DNA of 63,350 nt, counting the filler, from Reticulomyxa filosa (Eukaryota; Protista; Foraminifera): the NCBI GenBank assembly GCA_000512085.1. It is 23 parts of 23 records of this genome, joined end to end, with 100 filler letters (N's around TTAATTAATTAA, not from the genome) between each part and the next. Parts side by side here need not be neighbours in the genome. Positions count along the whole stretch, not along the records: positions 36,875 to 38,846 come from ASPP01013869.1; positions 38,947 to 40,490 come from ASPP01003459.1; positions 40,591 to 50,672 come from ASPP01023981.1; positions 50,773 to 52,634 come from ASPP01006315.1; 19 more parts are not named here. One strand, 5' to 3'. Shown here piece by piece: positions 36,955-50,809 of this stretch. Each line of letters begins with the position of its first letter. Positions within the stretch are counted from its first letter, which is position 1. The notes beneath the pieces are model-generated. The model made no database searches. It was not told where the DNA came from and worked only from the letters and a program-made list of their open reading frames with translations. The translations under genes were made by a program, and so were the position numbers.

Positions 36955-38240
36955 ATGTGTATAATTGCACTATCTGATGTTCATCAAAAGAATGACATAG
37001 CATCTTACAAAAAAGAAGTGATGACACACATAGAAAATGTGGCTCGAAGAGTCATGTGGCAACTATTGTCTGCAATCAAATATTTGCACGACCGTCATAT
37101 CGCTCATCGAGACTTAAAGCCCGAAAATATTCTGCTGAAAGAGTCCGGCTCTTGGGAAATTAAACTTGCCGATTTTGGCTCGTCACGTATGCTGCAATTT
37201 AGTCAGCTAGCGCTTACCACTGTTTGTGGCACGCCCTTGTTTTGGGCGCCGGAAGTTTTATTGAGTGCCAAGAATGGTAAAAAAAACAGAGAGAGGAAGG
37301 AGAGAGGGAGGGGGTAACTAAAACAAACTACGCACTCTTTTGTTGATCGCGTGCATTTGTGATCAATGGCCAAAAATGTTGGTTGGATCAATTACATAAA
37401 TAAATAAATAAAAAAGGCGGATACGGCTTTGAGGTAGACTATTGGAGTTTAGGTGTAATATTGTATTTGATGTTGGCCGGACATTCGCCATATATTGGCG
37501 GAGATGGAAACTTGATGGATTTGATAAAAACAGGGACGTTTACATTTCCTTCAAACACCTGGAAGTCCATTAGTCCTCAAGCAAAAGACTTAGTTCGAAA
37601 TTTAATGCAATTAAATCCTCAAGCCCGATTTGGGTGGAAGCAGGTGTATTTCGATAAGTGGATGCAAGTTTTGAACTCTTTGTTTTTGTTACACTTTCAT
37701 TTAAAAAGATAGATGTTTATTATATATTATATACACATATATATATATATATGTATATTGCTGTGTAATTAATACGCAACGTATTGCATAATAATCAACG
37801 ATAAAGACAGACATAACAGTTCCTTCAGCAGAGTTTGGCATGGATTTGGAAAATTCGAACACAACGCCACAAAAATCAAAGCCATTAACTGTCATGGCAT
37901 CGCCAATCGACTTATCCTCTGGTTTGACAACTACCTTTGATACAATTGACATGAAAATTAATGAAAACAGTTCATCCGAAATTTTGAAATCTAGTATCAC
38001 AATGCGAGACTTTTGCAGGACAAAATCACGAAAACGCACATTGAGCCAAAGGGATGACTTGGAGACTTGGCAGCAAGATGACCATCTACCAAATTGTAAA
38101 AAGTCTAGATTAAATGGGCAAGTTGCTATTCAAGTTATTGTTTCACTTTTTTTTCTTCCTTCTTGAATATTTATTTTTGTTGTGGTACAAACAAAAAACA
38201 GGATTTCTGCCACTTTTCGGGTAAGTAACAATGTAATGAA
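36955..38240 (+). CDS. Ser/Thr protein kinase of the CAMK group, C-terminal part, spliced
   Basis: [87 protein letters not shown]. Confidence 0.93.
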
Positions 38241-38707
38241 AATACTGGCCTTGTCAAATTCCATGGTACAAACGCGTTAGTAATGTACGTGATTGTACAT
38301 GCGCAATCGACAATAGTACTGTGCCTGTTCAGCGCAATTTTAATTGTAATGCAAATATTTTTGTGTATCTTTTTTTTTTCTTCTTTTTGTTTTTCACTCA
38401 TAATTTTTTGAATTTTTCTGGCTTTGTTACAAGAAAAAGACAATAATTCGTTGATACTCTTGTAATTTACAAAAGAGACTATCTTTCAATTATTCGTTTG
38501 CGTTGACAGCCAAAATAAAAAGTTTGACACAAAATGTTTGCAATTAAGAGGCAAATTCTTCATTTTGAATTGACAAAAATTTTAAAAAAAGCAAGTAAGG
38601 AAAGTATTAAATTAAGTGGCTCCTTCTGGAGCTTCTTGATTTAAACCATTCTTTTTGATTTTGTTTTACTTGCTTTTTTTTCCAAATTACAACTTAGTTG
38701 TCTTATA

Positions 38708-38846
38708 CAGTACGTTGCAAAGAAAACTGAACGCCTAAAACATATTTTATGATGATAATTGATTTTCTAAATGAAAAATCAACATTTAGACCTAATTTTT
38801 TTTTATTTAAAAAAATATCTACAAGTATTGTAGTTTTTAAATATGA
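38708..38846 (+). mobile_element. Tc1-family left TIR (TA|CAGTACG...), cut by the contig end
   Basis: Collinear with 2501-2640; TA at 38706-38707. Confidence 0.8.
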
Positions 38847-38946
38847 NNNNNNNNNNNNNNNNNNNNNNNNNNNNNNNNNNNNNNNNNNNNTTAATTAATT
38901 AANNNNNNNNNNNNNNNNNNNNNNNNNNNNNNNNNNNNNNNNNNNN

Positions 38947-39121
38947 TGCATCTTTTTATGTTTTTATTAGTACATATATTTTTATTAGTACATGAATAAT
39001 TTTTGTTTTTAATTTTAAATGAATGTGGCTGGGAGTTATTAATCCGCGATTGCACCATTAGATTCCTCATTAAAAACTGCATCTTTTTATGTTTTTATTA
39101 GTACATATATTTTTATTAGTA
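38947..39121 (+). repeat. Direct repeat of ~44 nt (tgcatctttttatgtttttattagtacatatatttttattagta) at 38947 and ~39079
   Basis: Two essentially identical copies ~132 nt apart. Confidence 0.85.
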
Positions 39122-40590
39122 TATATTTTTTTTTTGGAAAGAACTGTTTGCTTTGAAGAAGTTAAAAGTTTCCATTTAGCCAAGGAATTGGCCGCTAAAG
39201 ATTTGAAGTGAGAGTTTGACAACATCATCATGTTAAAAAGCTAATAAGCCCAAGAGTTTTTTTTTTTGCAAAAACAAAATTTAACACATGTTTTTTACAT
39301 GTAAATCTTTTAAAAGCAGTAAAAATACTGTTGTATTGAATTGCATCAAGGAAATTTAAATTTTTAAAACAAAAGTGTCAATCAAAATATATCGTCAAGA
39401 GTTTTTTTAATGTTCCATAGCTGTTCCATACTGGCATTTTTTTTTGTGTAAGCATTTAATTTAAGTTAACTTAAAGTTTTTGCATGTTAAAAAAATAAAA
39501 TTTCGCAAAAGCTATAGAAAAATAAAAAAATGCATAAATATTTGAAGTTTATTTAGAGACCCAAACTTTGTAAAAAAAAGAGTTGAAACCCTTTAAAAAA
39601 AAAACCATTGCTAATAGAGATTGAAGCAAAGCTGAAAAAGTTCACAAAGAAACACAAGAAATGAAAACATCAAAACCGTTTATTTTGGACAAGGTACTGT
39701 TATGGAAATGAATGATCAAGTGTTGAAACAGCTGCAAAACTTTCATAAAAATATTTCCATTCAAAGTGAATAATTCAATTTTTTGCTAAAAGAAATCGTT
39801 TTCAATTTCTTTTTTTAGTAAGATATTTAGCCAGTGTTGCAAACTAACTTTGCCTAATGTTTTTTCTATCATCCTTCGTATCAATCAAAAATTAAAGTAG
39901 CACTGCATCTTTTTATTTGTAATTTGATCTGTCTCACACGCTCAACTTTTCTTTTTATATCAACAAACATTGTTAACTGTTGTTCATAAAAATTATATAT
40001 TTATGGTAATGAAAAAGAAAAAGAAAAATTTAAACAAAAATGCTTTTTATTAAACTTCAAAAATATCAAAGTATAAAATATAAAATATAAGTAAAAAACA
40101 AAAGCAAGCCAATACATAGTGTTTTCGTAGTTTTGTTATCACACATTGTTCAGACAAGGGCTTTTCAATAAAAGATTGCTTTTGTTTATTATGCAGTTGC
40201 GTTATTTGCTATTTACAATTAAACAAAAAACCATTCTTTTCTTTTGGCATTTTTTGTTATTACAATGTACAAATATTCGTGCTATCTTAAATTTGAGCTT
40301 CAAATCGTAAATGTTCTAGCGTTGGGTTTTTCAAAGTAAATCATTTAATTGCCCTTTTAATAAAAAAAAAAATATGGCATCCAAAGTTTTTAAAAAAAAG
40401 CAAATGAGCAAAAATCGAAATAAAAAAAAATAAATAAGGCGGCGCTTTAGGAACATCGTGGCGCCGCCCAATTTGTTCTTTTCTTTTTGANNNNNNNNNN
40501 NNNNNNNNNNNNNNNNNNNNNNNNNNNNNNNNNNTTAATTAATTAANNNNNNNNNNNNNNNNNNNNNNNNNNNNNNNNNNNNNNNNNNNN

Positions 40591-41080
40591 TTTTTTTTTT
40601 TTTTTGAGGTGCGGAAACAAAACGTCATAATTTCAAAAATATACATATATATATTTTTATATGTATATTATTGTATAATTTTTTAAAAACTGTTCGCATA
40701 TAGTGGAAAATGTCTTGCAGCACACGGTGAATAATACCACAGCACTGTTGCTCGGGGTTTCCCATCATAGTGTAAGTTTTACCGGACGACGTCTGCCCGT
40801 AAGCAAACACTGTTCCATTAAAGCCTTGCATCACGGATTGGACGACCGGAAACACTGACGCGGCGTAAATGTCGTTGGTGGTGTGTTCTGGTCCATACAC
40901 ACGATCGAACGCGTATGCTTTCTTTGCTTCGTTGCTCTTTTCTTCCACCAACGTTATCGTGTTGTTGTTGGTGTCAATTTCCCACGGATTTTTACATTCT
41001 TCTTTTATTTCTTTTTTATTCAAGCCTCTCACACGTACAACCACATGTATATTGCCCTGTTCTGTATTTTGTGCCTCCAT
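40591..41080 (-). CDS. Kinesin motor domain, first exon (kinesin-7/CENP-E-like)
   Basis: NIHVVVRVR, YAFDRVY, GFNGTVFAYGQTSSGKTYTMMG (P-loop); an N-terminal motor with QTSSGKT fits kinesin-7, though kinesin-1 shares this loop. Confidence 0.9.
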
Positions 41081-42576
41081 TCGTTGGTGTTATACGATAA
41101 TGAATCTAGGGTGGGGTCCCAAAAATAATTACTACTGCTTTCAATTTGGCACTTACTATAATAAAGGAAGATTGTAAATTTACAACCAAAGAAAAATGAA
41201 ACAAATCCCAAACAGGTTTACTTTGACTGTGGAGCAAATAACATTATATTTCCAAACTTTTTTTCGGCAACGCATGAATATCTTTTTACTAATCTACTGG
41301 TTTATTTAAAAGAATCCTTCAGTTTTGAATCAAAGGACACACAAAGTTTTAAAATGGGCTGTACGAAATGAATTTATGATATGTTTGTCTCTTTTTGAAA
41401 TTTGCTCGAAGAGATAATAAAAACCAAGGAAAATTTGTATCTTCTCCATGTGTCTTCCCTGCAAGTAAACAAAAAAGTCACTGAACAAAGTCAAGGACCT
41501 TTTTTTCCAAGTAAACTTTTACTCCTTTTGCTTTATAATTGTTTTTTTAGAATTTTTGTTTTTGCACAATGTTGTTTCTGTTTGCATTCAAATTTAATAT
41601 ATTTTTTTGACATGTTTAAACGAGAGCCAAAGTGAAAAAAACGGTTGCGTGATTCCGTACTGCAAAAGTTTTGTGAAATTATTTGTTTTTTTGTGTTACT
41701 TGATGAAAGACGAAGTCCCAAACCGAATCACTTTGCAAAATGAAGACTTGTTTTCAAATTGCATGGTGTTGAATGGGGAAAAAATATCAACATAAAAAAC
41801 TGATGTTTTTTGCATATTATTTTTTTTTTTTAAAGGTAGTTTCGTTATTCAAATTTGATTGTTTTTGTTTTTGTGCTTGCTTAGTCATTAAACGGAATCT
41901 AATTGTGAACACGCGTTTTCAAAAAAGGGTGGAATTGCACAAAGGCAATTATTATAAATCTTTTGCTAATTGTAATTTAAAATTTTATTTGTAAAATTGA
42001 TAACTATCGTGAACTTTTTAAATCGAAAACTAATTTTCCGCTATTCTATTCGTAAAAACCTTCCACAATATCGCAAATAAAATATTTATTATTTAACAAA
42101 ATTAAAGGTTCAATTTGAACACAGGTCAAACAAAATGTTTTACAAAAATTGAAGATTAAATTATAAATGTGATTTATTTGAATATGTTTATAAAATAAAG
42201 GTATAAAACGGTTGATGGAATTGTGATACTTTTTAGTTGAACGGATTGACAAGTTGATATGTCATAAACATGGAAATACAATAAAATTAGTAGTTTAAAT
42301 CGTTTTTGTCAGTGTAGTAAAAAGGGGTGACCGCACTGTTGTGATGGAGACAAGCAAAATTTATTTTTAAAAAAACCTTCCATTCTAATCAACAAATAAA
42401 AAATCGTGAAACTATGTGCACGTTTGGTTGTTGTGGAAAGTTTTGCTTGGGACTGTCTATCCCCGCATTCTTGCTCATGGTAAGAAAACAGAGAAAAAGA
42501 GACAAGTTTCTTCCTAAAACATGGTACTTAAAGTTTTTGTTCGTGATACACACAGCTGTCATTTTATGGCTTATTA

Positions 42577-42933
42577 GTGAATAATAGCTCACAGCCAGAT
42601 ATCGGTTCTACTCGGTCTGAAAGAAGAGACTACGGCTACACTGCACTATACACAGCCATAGTTTATCTTGTGTTAAGTGAATTGAAGATTGCATTGAAGA
42701 GTTTTTTTGTATCTTACCCAAGCCAACACAACCTAAATTATACATACACAAACAAAAAAAAAAGGTTTATCTTTTTATCAATTGGTTGCATATATAAGGG
42801 CCAACTGGATGCACGTCGTCCATTGCGTCAAGGAGTGCCTGATTCAGATGAAGAAGAAATTGAAAAAGAATCAGACCCAATTTATGCTGAACAACAAGCT
42901 TATGCTTCTACTGACAAGTATGGCGTCAATTGA
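42577..42933 (+). CDS. Small hypothetical spliced membrane protein
   Basis: One hydrophobic segment (YTALYTAIVYLV) and a final exon GCIYKGQLDARRPLRQGVPDSDEEE... Confidence 0.35.
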   Translation: MNNSSQPDIGSTRSERRDYGYTALYTAIVYLVLSELKIALKSFFVSYPSQHNLNYTYTNKKKRFIFLSIGCIYKGQLDARRPLRQGVPDSDEEEIEKESDPIYAEQQAYASTDKYGVN

Positions 42934-43439
42934 GTGAGAACCAATATTAATTTGGCCATGACCAGAGACGAACTTTTTTTGGTTCTTTTTTGCTTTTTTT
43001 TTTGTTTTTAACTCCTTAAAACCAAAAGTTTTTTGTGTGTTAATCTTGAAGCATTAAAAGGGACAAACTTTCTTTTCTTTATATTGACCTTTGTTTGTTT
43101 CTTTTTGGTATTTGCTTGTTTCTCCAATGGGGGCTCCATTGAAAAAAGTTGTATTGCAGAAGATATTAATTAATGCTCACAGCCACATTTTATTTTGTTT
43201 TTATTTGCTGAATAAAAATATTTTTCTATACAAGCAACAAAAAAAGAATTTTTTTCTCCCCCTTGATGAACAAATTTAGTTCGAATATTTTATGAAAGGA
43301 ACAGGTCTTTTAAAAGTTTCTTAAATTATGAAAATGTTGACATTTGAAGAACTTAAAAAAAAAGGGGGACTGAGGTTGGACAAATAGGGTGGTTTGGAAT
43401 TTTACAATCCAAGTGACGATTGTGTGTCATGCCATCAAA

Positions 43440-43995
43440 TTAACCAAAAGAACATTGCTTAGAAATTCGAACAAATTTGAAACTGGCCAAATCGCGATTA
43501 TATTGAAGTGCAACTGTATTAATCGCACTTTCCATATCCTCGCTCGCCACGAATTTGGTAACCGTTTTTTCTTGTCCTCCTTCCAAAAACTCTACCAAAA
43601 CAACTTCAAATACCTGTGCAACAAACAACAACAATAATACTGCGATTGCACTCCTTGGCCTGCACATATACACACACAGCAATTACACTTTGTTGTTTTT
43701 TGGGAGAAGACTTCAATGACTCGTCATCTTCTTGTAGTTGCTTCAGTGATCGCTTGGTGACAGTTGACTGTTTCTTTTTTTTTTTGTAAAGACTAAATAA
43801 TATGATAAAATATGCATATTAGCAACAGAAACAATGCTCAACAAATGGATCATCACTCTTATTGTCTTTTTGCAACGGTGCCATATTTTGTGACAAAAAC
43901 TTGGATCTCAAGTTCCTCAATGTTTCCTTATTTTTCTTTAGTTCCTCATCATCTCCTTTGCTCGTTTTTGCAGGTTTTTTTTGTTTTGCTTCCAT
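43440..43995 (-). CDS. Small hypothetical spliced protein
   Basis: Coding-like blocks MEAKQKKPAK... and FEVVLVEFLEGGQEKTVTKF... separated by short AT-rich gaps. Confidence 0.35.
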
Positions 43996-44442
43996 TTTTG
44001 TTTTAAGTTTGCTTTGCACAATCTTAAGATACTTTGCTCACTCGTGAGTTTTTAAACACTACTTTAGCTGGAGTTGTCCAATATCAACGTTAGTTCTCAA
44101 CAAACAACTCTAGCCTCTAATTTGTTAAATTATATATTAAATAAACTATATTCATTTAAAAACTCATTTCTTGGCCTTTTTGACGCGTTAACAGTGAGTA
44201 CACGTTTTCGTTTGTAAAAGATCTGTTTCTAAGAACAACATTCAAGTAGCAGCACCAATATGGCCAGTTCACTTTGTTTAATTTTGTAAAGTAGCGACCG
44301 TTTTAAGCAATATTTACGTGATTTCCATATAAGAAAATTTCCAAGTAGAAACGAGTTTCCAACGAGTACAAAACAGTTTTACACGAGAAGGAGCATCTTC
44401 TTTTGTAAGAAAAAAAAAAAGCCTGCGGCTGTTGATTTGATC

Positions 44443-47400
44443 ATGTCAGCAGAAGAAGCAGTACTTGATTTGGAAGAATGGTTTGGAGACCTGAATGAAG
44501 AAACCCAGCAAGTGTTGATAGCGAAATCGAAAGAAGATGACACCGCAGGCTTTGCGTCTTTGATCGAGCTGATATTGAAATCGAAGACGTACGACAAAGA
44601 GCAAGTTCCGTCCTTTGAAACATTTGTGAAATCATGGAAAGGCTCAGGGGAGAAGAAAGCACCAGCAAGCACAGAGAAAGCAAAGACTCCAGCAACAGGA
44701 GCTAAAGCAAAAGCCGCAGGCACAGGTACAGGTGCAGCAGCGAAAAAGACAGGAGCAGACGCAAGCGCCGACAAAAAGAAAGCGACCACAACTACCGCAG
44801 CTGCAAACAAGACAGGCGGTGCTGGCGCAAAAAAAGCAGGAACAACAGCAACAACCACCAATGCAGCACAAAGGTCCAAGTCCGCCGCTGCAGGAACCAC
44901 AAAAACAGCCGCAAAAGCGCCAGCCAAAAGTCCCAAAGCAGGAGCTACAACTGGAGCTGCAGCAGCCAAAGCTAAGAACCCAGCACCATCTCCTAAACCT
45001 GCGGTATGACTTTTTGTTGATACACAAAACATTATAAATACATATATTTATATATATGTATATATATATATATATATATGTATGTATACGTATGTCCTTG
45101 TGTATAAAACACACATACACACACACACACACGCGCGTACGCAAACAAATGTACGTATGCATATAATCGATGTACATATCCGGATGACTTATTTACGTGA
45201 TGTGAATTAACAACAACAACAAAAACAAAGGACAAAAGCAAGGAAAAGACAGCAGCGAATAGTGATGAAGCAAGAGGACGCAGCAAGACAAAGAAGAATC
45301 CGGACGCGGAGACGGAAGAAGAGACAGAAGACGCTCAGCCAGAAGAGGACAAGGATAAGGATAAGGATAAAGATAAAGACAAAGAAGTGGCCCCGAAAAG
45401 TGAAGAAAATACGGAAGCAACAAAAACGGGGGACGAGTCGAAGCCACAGGATGGTAAGACCCCAGGAGGGGGGGGGACAGCGAGTCAGACAGCAATGCCA
45501 CCGCTGCTGCTGCCGCCGCCGCCGCCGCCGCAAAGCCGAAAGGCAAAGAAAAGGAGAAGACAGGAGCGAAATTGGGAGATAAAGAGAAGCAAAAGGACGG
45601 AGCTACTGCTGCTGCTGCTGCTGCTGCTGCGGGCACAGCAGGCGGGAAGAAGTCCTCGTCGTGGAGTCCCGCGCCATGGTACAAGCAGAACTTGACGGCC
45701 AACTTGAACGACTTTTGGGAGGAAAAGGATGCCTCGCCGATGCGTGGTAAGTGGCACGACGAAGTGGAACGACTGAAGGCGTCCAAGGCTCAGCAGACGG
45801 TAAGATATACCCCGTCTCCGGATAAGCGCAAGTACGAAGGCACGCGTACCTATCGAGGTCGAGGCCGAAAGCGTCCACGTAAGACCGCACAAAACAAAAA
45901 CACTAATGCCACCAAGTTCCGCGCTTTGCAGAAGATGGCCGACTACGCCGGCGGAGAAGGGGGCAAGAATCAACGTTCTGAGGGCACCGGTGGAGACGGC
46001 GGCAAAAATGCAACATCATCAGGCACGGGTGGAAATGGCGGACTGAACGGAGATGGATTTGGCAACAGGAAAGGTGGGGACGGAGGTGACGGAGGACTTA
46101 ATCAATCCAAACCTGGAACTGGAGGAGACAGTGGTTTGCATGATAAGTCAGGAACTGGTGGAGATGATGGTGATAACAAAGTTAAATTGAATCTTTTTTT
46201 TTTTTTTCCCCCTCCCCCCCTTTTTCAAAAAAAAAAAGCAAATAAATAAATGAAATTTATTTATTTGTTTGAGTTTGATTTTTTTTTGGTTTTGAAAAGG
46301 GGGAAAAAAGGTTCATTGTGGGGGGGGGGGAAGGGATCCTGTGATAAAAAAAAAACACATTCATGTAATACACCCATAAAACTTACAGAAAGTTTCAAAA
46401 AAAGCCGAGTTTAAAAAGAAATTGATAATCAGTGAGGCAGTGCGCGCAGCAGAGCGAAATGAAGATGCCATTGCAGTGAATTTGGACAACATGCGTCACA
46501 AGCCCGATTTTGACAAAATGGTGACGTACAACATCAACTGGCTGGCAAATCTAGCAAACAACCCGTTCAACGTGGATTACATTATCCAAGAGGGTGCCAT
46601 TGACACGATTGCGGAAATAATGAAACATCATAAGAACAATCCGGCGATTATGAAAGACGTCGCCAGACTTGTCAAAAGTATTGCCAAATCGAAGCCGGAA
46701 TACGCGGACTTGATTGCCCACTCGTCGATCATTGATGAGTGCTTGGCCGCACTGCGCGACTTTCCAAACGAGTGTGGCATTTACGCCTTGGACATGTTGG
46801 ACTCAGTATTGGACAATTGCACCGAGCCCGCCAAACTAGTCGAAGAGTTGGTCGACAAGAATTCACTGCCAATTCTGTTCGACGCGTTGGACGAGTTTGG
46901 AGAAGAAAACAACGAACTGGCAGCCGCCGCCACCAAGCATTTGAACAAAGAAGCAAAGTGGAAACCCGACGCACTTGATTGGATGGGAGAAAATGAACTA
47001 TTTTTCCCAATCATGCGTGCGATGCGAGCTCACCCCGACGACGAAGAATTGGCATTCCAAGGCTGTGAAATTTTACCGGTATATATTTATTCTACATTAT
47101 ATCATATAACATAGACAAATAAAATCATATTATTATACATGTATGATTTTTGTTGTTATCATAGGATATCGCCTTGCGTGATAACAAGTACCGCCAAGCG
47201 ATGAAAGATCAAGATGCCGTTCCGATCATTTGTGGAGTAATGTCAGAAACGCCTGACTCGGAGAGACTGCAGGAAGCAGGTGTGAAAGCATTGAAGGTGT
47301 TGGCGGATCCGGACGACTTGTTGGATGCCCTGAAAGTGGTGTTCAATTTTGACCAATTTGAAAATCCGATTTTGAGTGAGGCCTTGTCGATTGTCGGCAA

Positions 47401-50400
47401 CTTGGAATTGATCCCGGAACACGCCGAGTTTGTGGCGTCGAAAGGGGGTGTCAATGTGCTGCTCAATTGCATCGGACACAAGGACAAACAGCCGGAGCAA
47501 TCGTCGGATGATTTAGACGTCATCGCCAAAGCCACACGAGCATTGGGAAGACTGTTGGGAGACGAAAAGCCCGCCGAGGAGTTTGCGCAAGTGAAAGGCA
47601 TCGACCATTTGCGACACTTGGTCAACAAGTACAATGACGACGAGCCCATTTTGAACGCCGTCATGGAGGCATTGGAACATTTGGTGAAGACGCCCAATGG
47701 CCAAGAGCAAATCCTGGAAAGCAACATTTTGACACCCGTCACCGAAGTGTTGGCAGAAAACCCCGACTACAATACCATGTTCCGCAAATATGCAAAATTG
47801 ATGGGCTACATGCCATTGGACGATCGCGATTTCTTGGGTGGCTTGATTGACGCGGGCATGTTAGACTGCATCAAGGATAACTTGAACAATCACAATGATA
47901 AGCGTGAAGATGTCATGGCCGCTTCCGACTTGATCTGCGATTTGGCGACATTGCACCCTCAATTGTCCGGAACTCTTGCCCAAGACGACGCGCCGGGACT
48001 TATTTCTGCAATGCGCAATCATCAACGCGACCCGGAAACCATGAAACATATCTTTGACGCTATTGAAGCGCTCGTCGCCGGAGACCCGTCCTTACGTGAA
48101 GTGTTTGAGAAAGCGGGAATGGACAATGAGTTGGACAAAATCATGAAAAATGAAAACACCTCGATCCCGGTCAAAGATATGATCCAAGACTTTTTGGACC
48201 GATTGAACGCTCTGAAAGCAAAGCCAGTTCCGGAAATGCAAAATGAACCGGAGGAAAATCCACGCGACAAGTTGTTGCAAGAATTAAAAGAATTGTATGA
48301 TCAATTGGATGATCCCGAATTTGCACGACAGTTTATCGAAGATGGAAAAGTAGTTGGAGTTCTTGACGGTACGTGTCGCAGCTTTAGTTTTATTTATTAA
48401 TTTTTTTTTTTTTTGCACATACATATAAATATATTTATATGGTATGTGCATTGATGTGTTGTCATGTTAACTCAAAAAAAAAAAAAAACCAGGCATTCAA
48501 GAGTATTACGATGACGAAGAAATAGTTCAGTGGGGATTAAAAGACTTGGCAAAGATTGCTCGCGTGCCCAATGGATTCAACGCCCTGGAAGAGGCAGGAC
48601 TTGCGGAGGCCGTGGTGCAATGCATGTTGGAACATCCCGAGGCGGTGCAAGTCCAGTTGGAGGGATTCAAGGTGTTTAGCGGATTGGCGAACCAAGACGA
48701 CACCAACGTGCCAGATACCCTCATGCAACCAATTACCTTGGATACACTGTTGAAAGGTGTCGAAGATAACATTGACGATGCTGAATTTGTTGGCGAATTT
48801 TGCGACATTGTCCAGGGCTTGGTAAAGTCCAACCCAAATGATGCTTACAACGTCGCAAATGCATTGCAAGGAGAAGGTTTGCATTTTTCCAAACTTGCCA
48901 TCTCCACATATATATACATACATATACATATAATATATATACATTTATATGTGTGTATGTTTTGAAGTAAGTAATATGTAACAAAAATATCACTGTGATT
49001 TGTCATTGCGATTTTGAAAAAAGGCGTGAGCGAGATATTGCAAGAAGCACTCGACGTACACAAACAAAAGACACCTGAACTGGTACCAAAGATTGAAGAA
49101 ACCTTGGCACATTTGCAGAATATCCTGGAGGCAATCGACCCCAAAGTGGATACAAACATGGACTTGGAGCCTTATGGAACAGGCGTGTTGACCATGGCCC
49201 AGTTGGCGAACATGGACGAAGACGAGCTGCTCAAACTGATGTCGGCTTGGGAAACAGACCAATTGATGGAAACGATGCGTGAAGCCAAAGATCCAGTGTT
49301 GGTGCAATGGAGTGTGAATGAAGTGAATCGACGATTGAACGGTGGTGACGAAGAAGTTCACTCGGCAATGGTGAACGGCGGTATTAACGACCTGTTGGAC
49401 CAAGCGAAGGCGCACTACGACAATGGAGGGCCATTGGGTGCGGCCTTAGATACATTGGGCACATTGGCCAACGAAGAGCGATTGAAGCCAATGTTGGGAA
49501 TGATTGGATTGATTCCATTGATTCTGGAAACAATGAGAACCCACCCAGACGATATCGAGTTATTAGATCGCTGCTGCTATTTGCTGTCCTTGTTGACGTA
49601 TAACAATGAAGACAACATCAATCAAGTGATCGAGTTAGGCGGTGTAGCGGACATTATCGGCGTCACCAAACGACACAACGTCGTCAACTTTTTGTGCGAG
49701 TCCGCATTGTTGGTCTTGGTCAACTTGTGTCATCGATCGGATAAAAACAAAGTATTGATCTGTCGAAGTGGTGGTGCCAAAGCCAGTGTCGATGCCTTGC
49801 GTCAATACAACCATTGCCGCACTCCAGAAGATGAAGGTGTGGTAGTTGCAGCCTTCGCTGTTTGGCCAACTTTGGATTTGTGGAGGACAATTTGAAGCAG
49901 CTGATCAAACTGAATATTGTCCATTTGATTATGGATACCATGCAAAGAAACACGGACAAAACGGCGCTGATCCAAATGGGTGTGGTTGCGCTTGCCAACT
50001 TGAGCAGTCACGAACGAGCGGTCCGAGTATTGGTTACTTTGGGAGTTTTGGATTTGGTCATCAATGTGTCCAAAGGCTATCCCGACGAAATTGAAATTCA
50101 AAAATCTTGTCTTGGATGCATGGGCAACTTATTGAGCGAACCTGCCAACGCTGTCTTGTTTTTGGACAAAGATGGACACAAACGTGTGTACGAAATCATG
50201 CAAGAACTCCTCTTTGAAGAGCCTGTGGTCGTTTTGTGCTTGAAACTCATGAAAATTTTGGCCATCACACCAGATATCGCCGGCCAACTGTGTTACAGTG
50301 GCGGCTGTGAAATTGTCACACAATTGTTGGCCGACAATATCAATAATATCAACATTCTTACTTTGGGATGTCAGACCTTGTGTCGAATGATTGTTACCAA

Positions 50401-50672
50401 AGACATTGCCAAAGACACATATGCACAAGGTTTATTATTATTATTATTATTATCATTATTTTTCTCGTAACGAAAGCATATAATTATATAAATATAAACA
50501 TAAATATAATAAACATATATGTATATCATGTCTTCTGCGTTTAAAAAAAAAAAAAACCAACAGGTGTGATTGATCTAATGATACGAATTTCACTGGAAAA
50601 CAATAACTGGGCCAATTTGGAGTTGTACAATGAAGTTATGAAAGTTATTGTCAATTTATGCAGCGCGGAAAG
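44443..50672 (+). CDS. Very large armadillo/HEAT-repeat protein with an A/K/T/G-rich disordered N-terminus; ~7 exons; 3' end truncated
   Basis: Many ~42-aa units of the type 'I..MR.HPDD.EL...GC..L.NL' (e.g. MRAHPDDEELAFQGC, MRTHPDDIELLDRCC, GYPDEIEIQKSCLGCMGNL); frames join across GT-AG introns; single-base frame breaks at ~45470 and ~49856. Confidence 0.88.
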
Positions 50673-50809
50673 NNNNNNNNNNNNNNNNNNNNNNNNNNNN
50701 NNNNNNNNNNNNNNNNTTAATTAATTAANNNNNNNNNNNNNNNNNNNNNNNNNNNNNNNNNNNNNNNNNNNNTACATATACATGTATGTATATAGTTCTT
50801 TTGTTATCA

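Noticed and set aside
38947-40430. Possible RNA gene or organellar DNA in a long ORF-free AT-rich contig
   Set aside because: No tRNA cloverleaf, rRNA motif or organellar protein motif was recognised; it reads as ordinary intergenic DNA with one short direct repeat.
45468-49860. Frame breaks in the ARM gene (G run at ~45468-45476; 'gccttcgctgt' at ~49851-49861) as programmed frameshifts
   Set aside because: Both are single-base changes in homopolymer runs, the typical pyrosequencing error seen elsewhere in the window.
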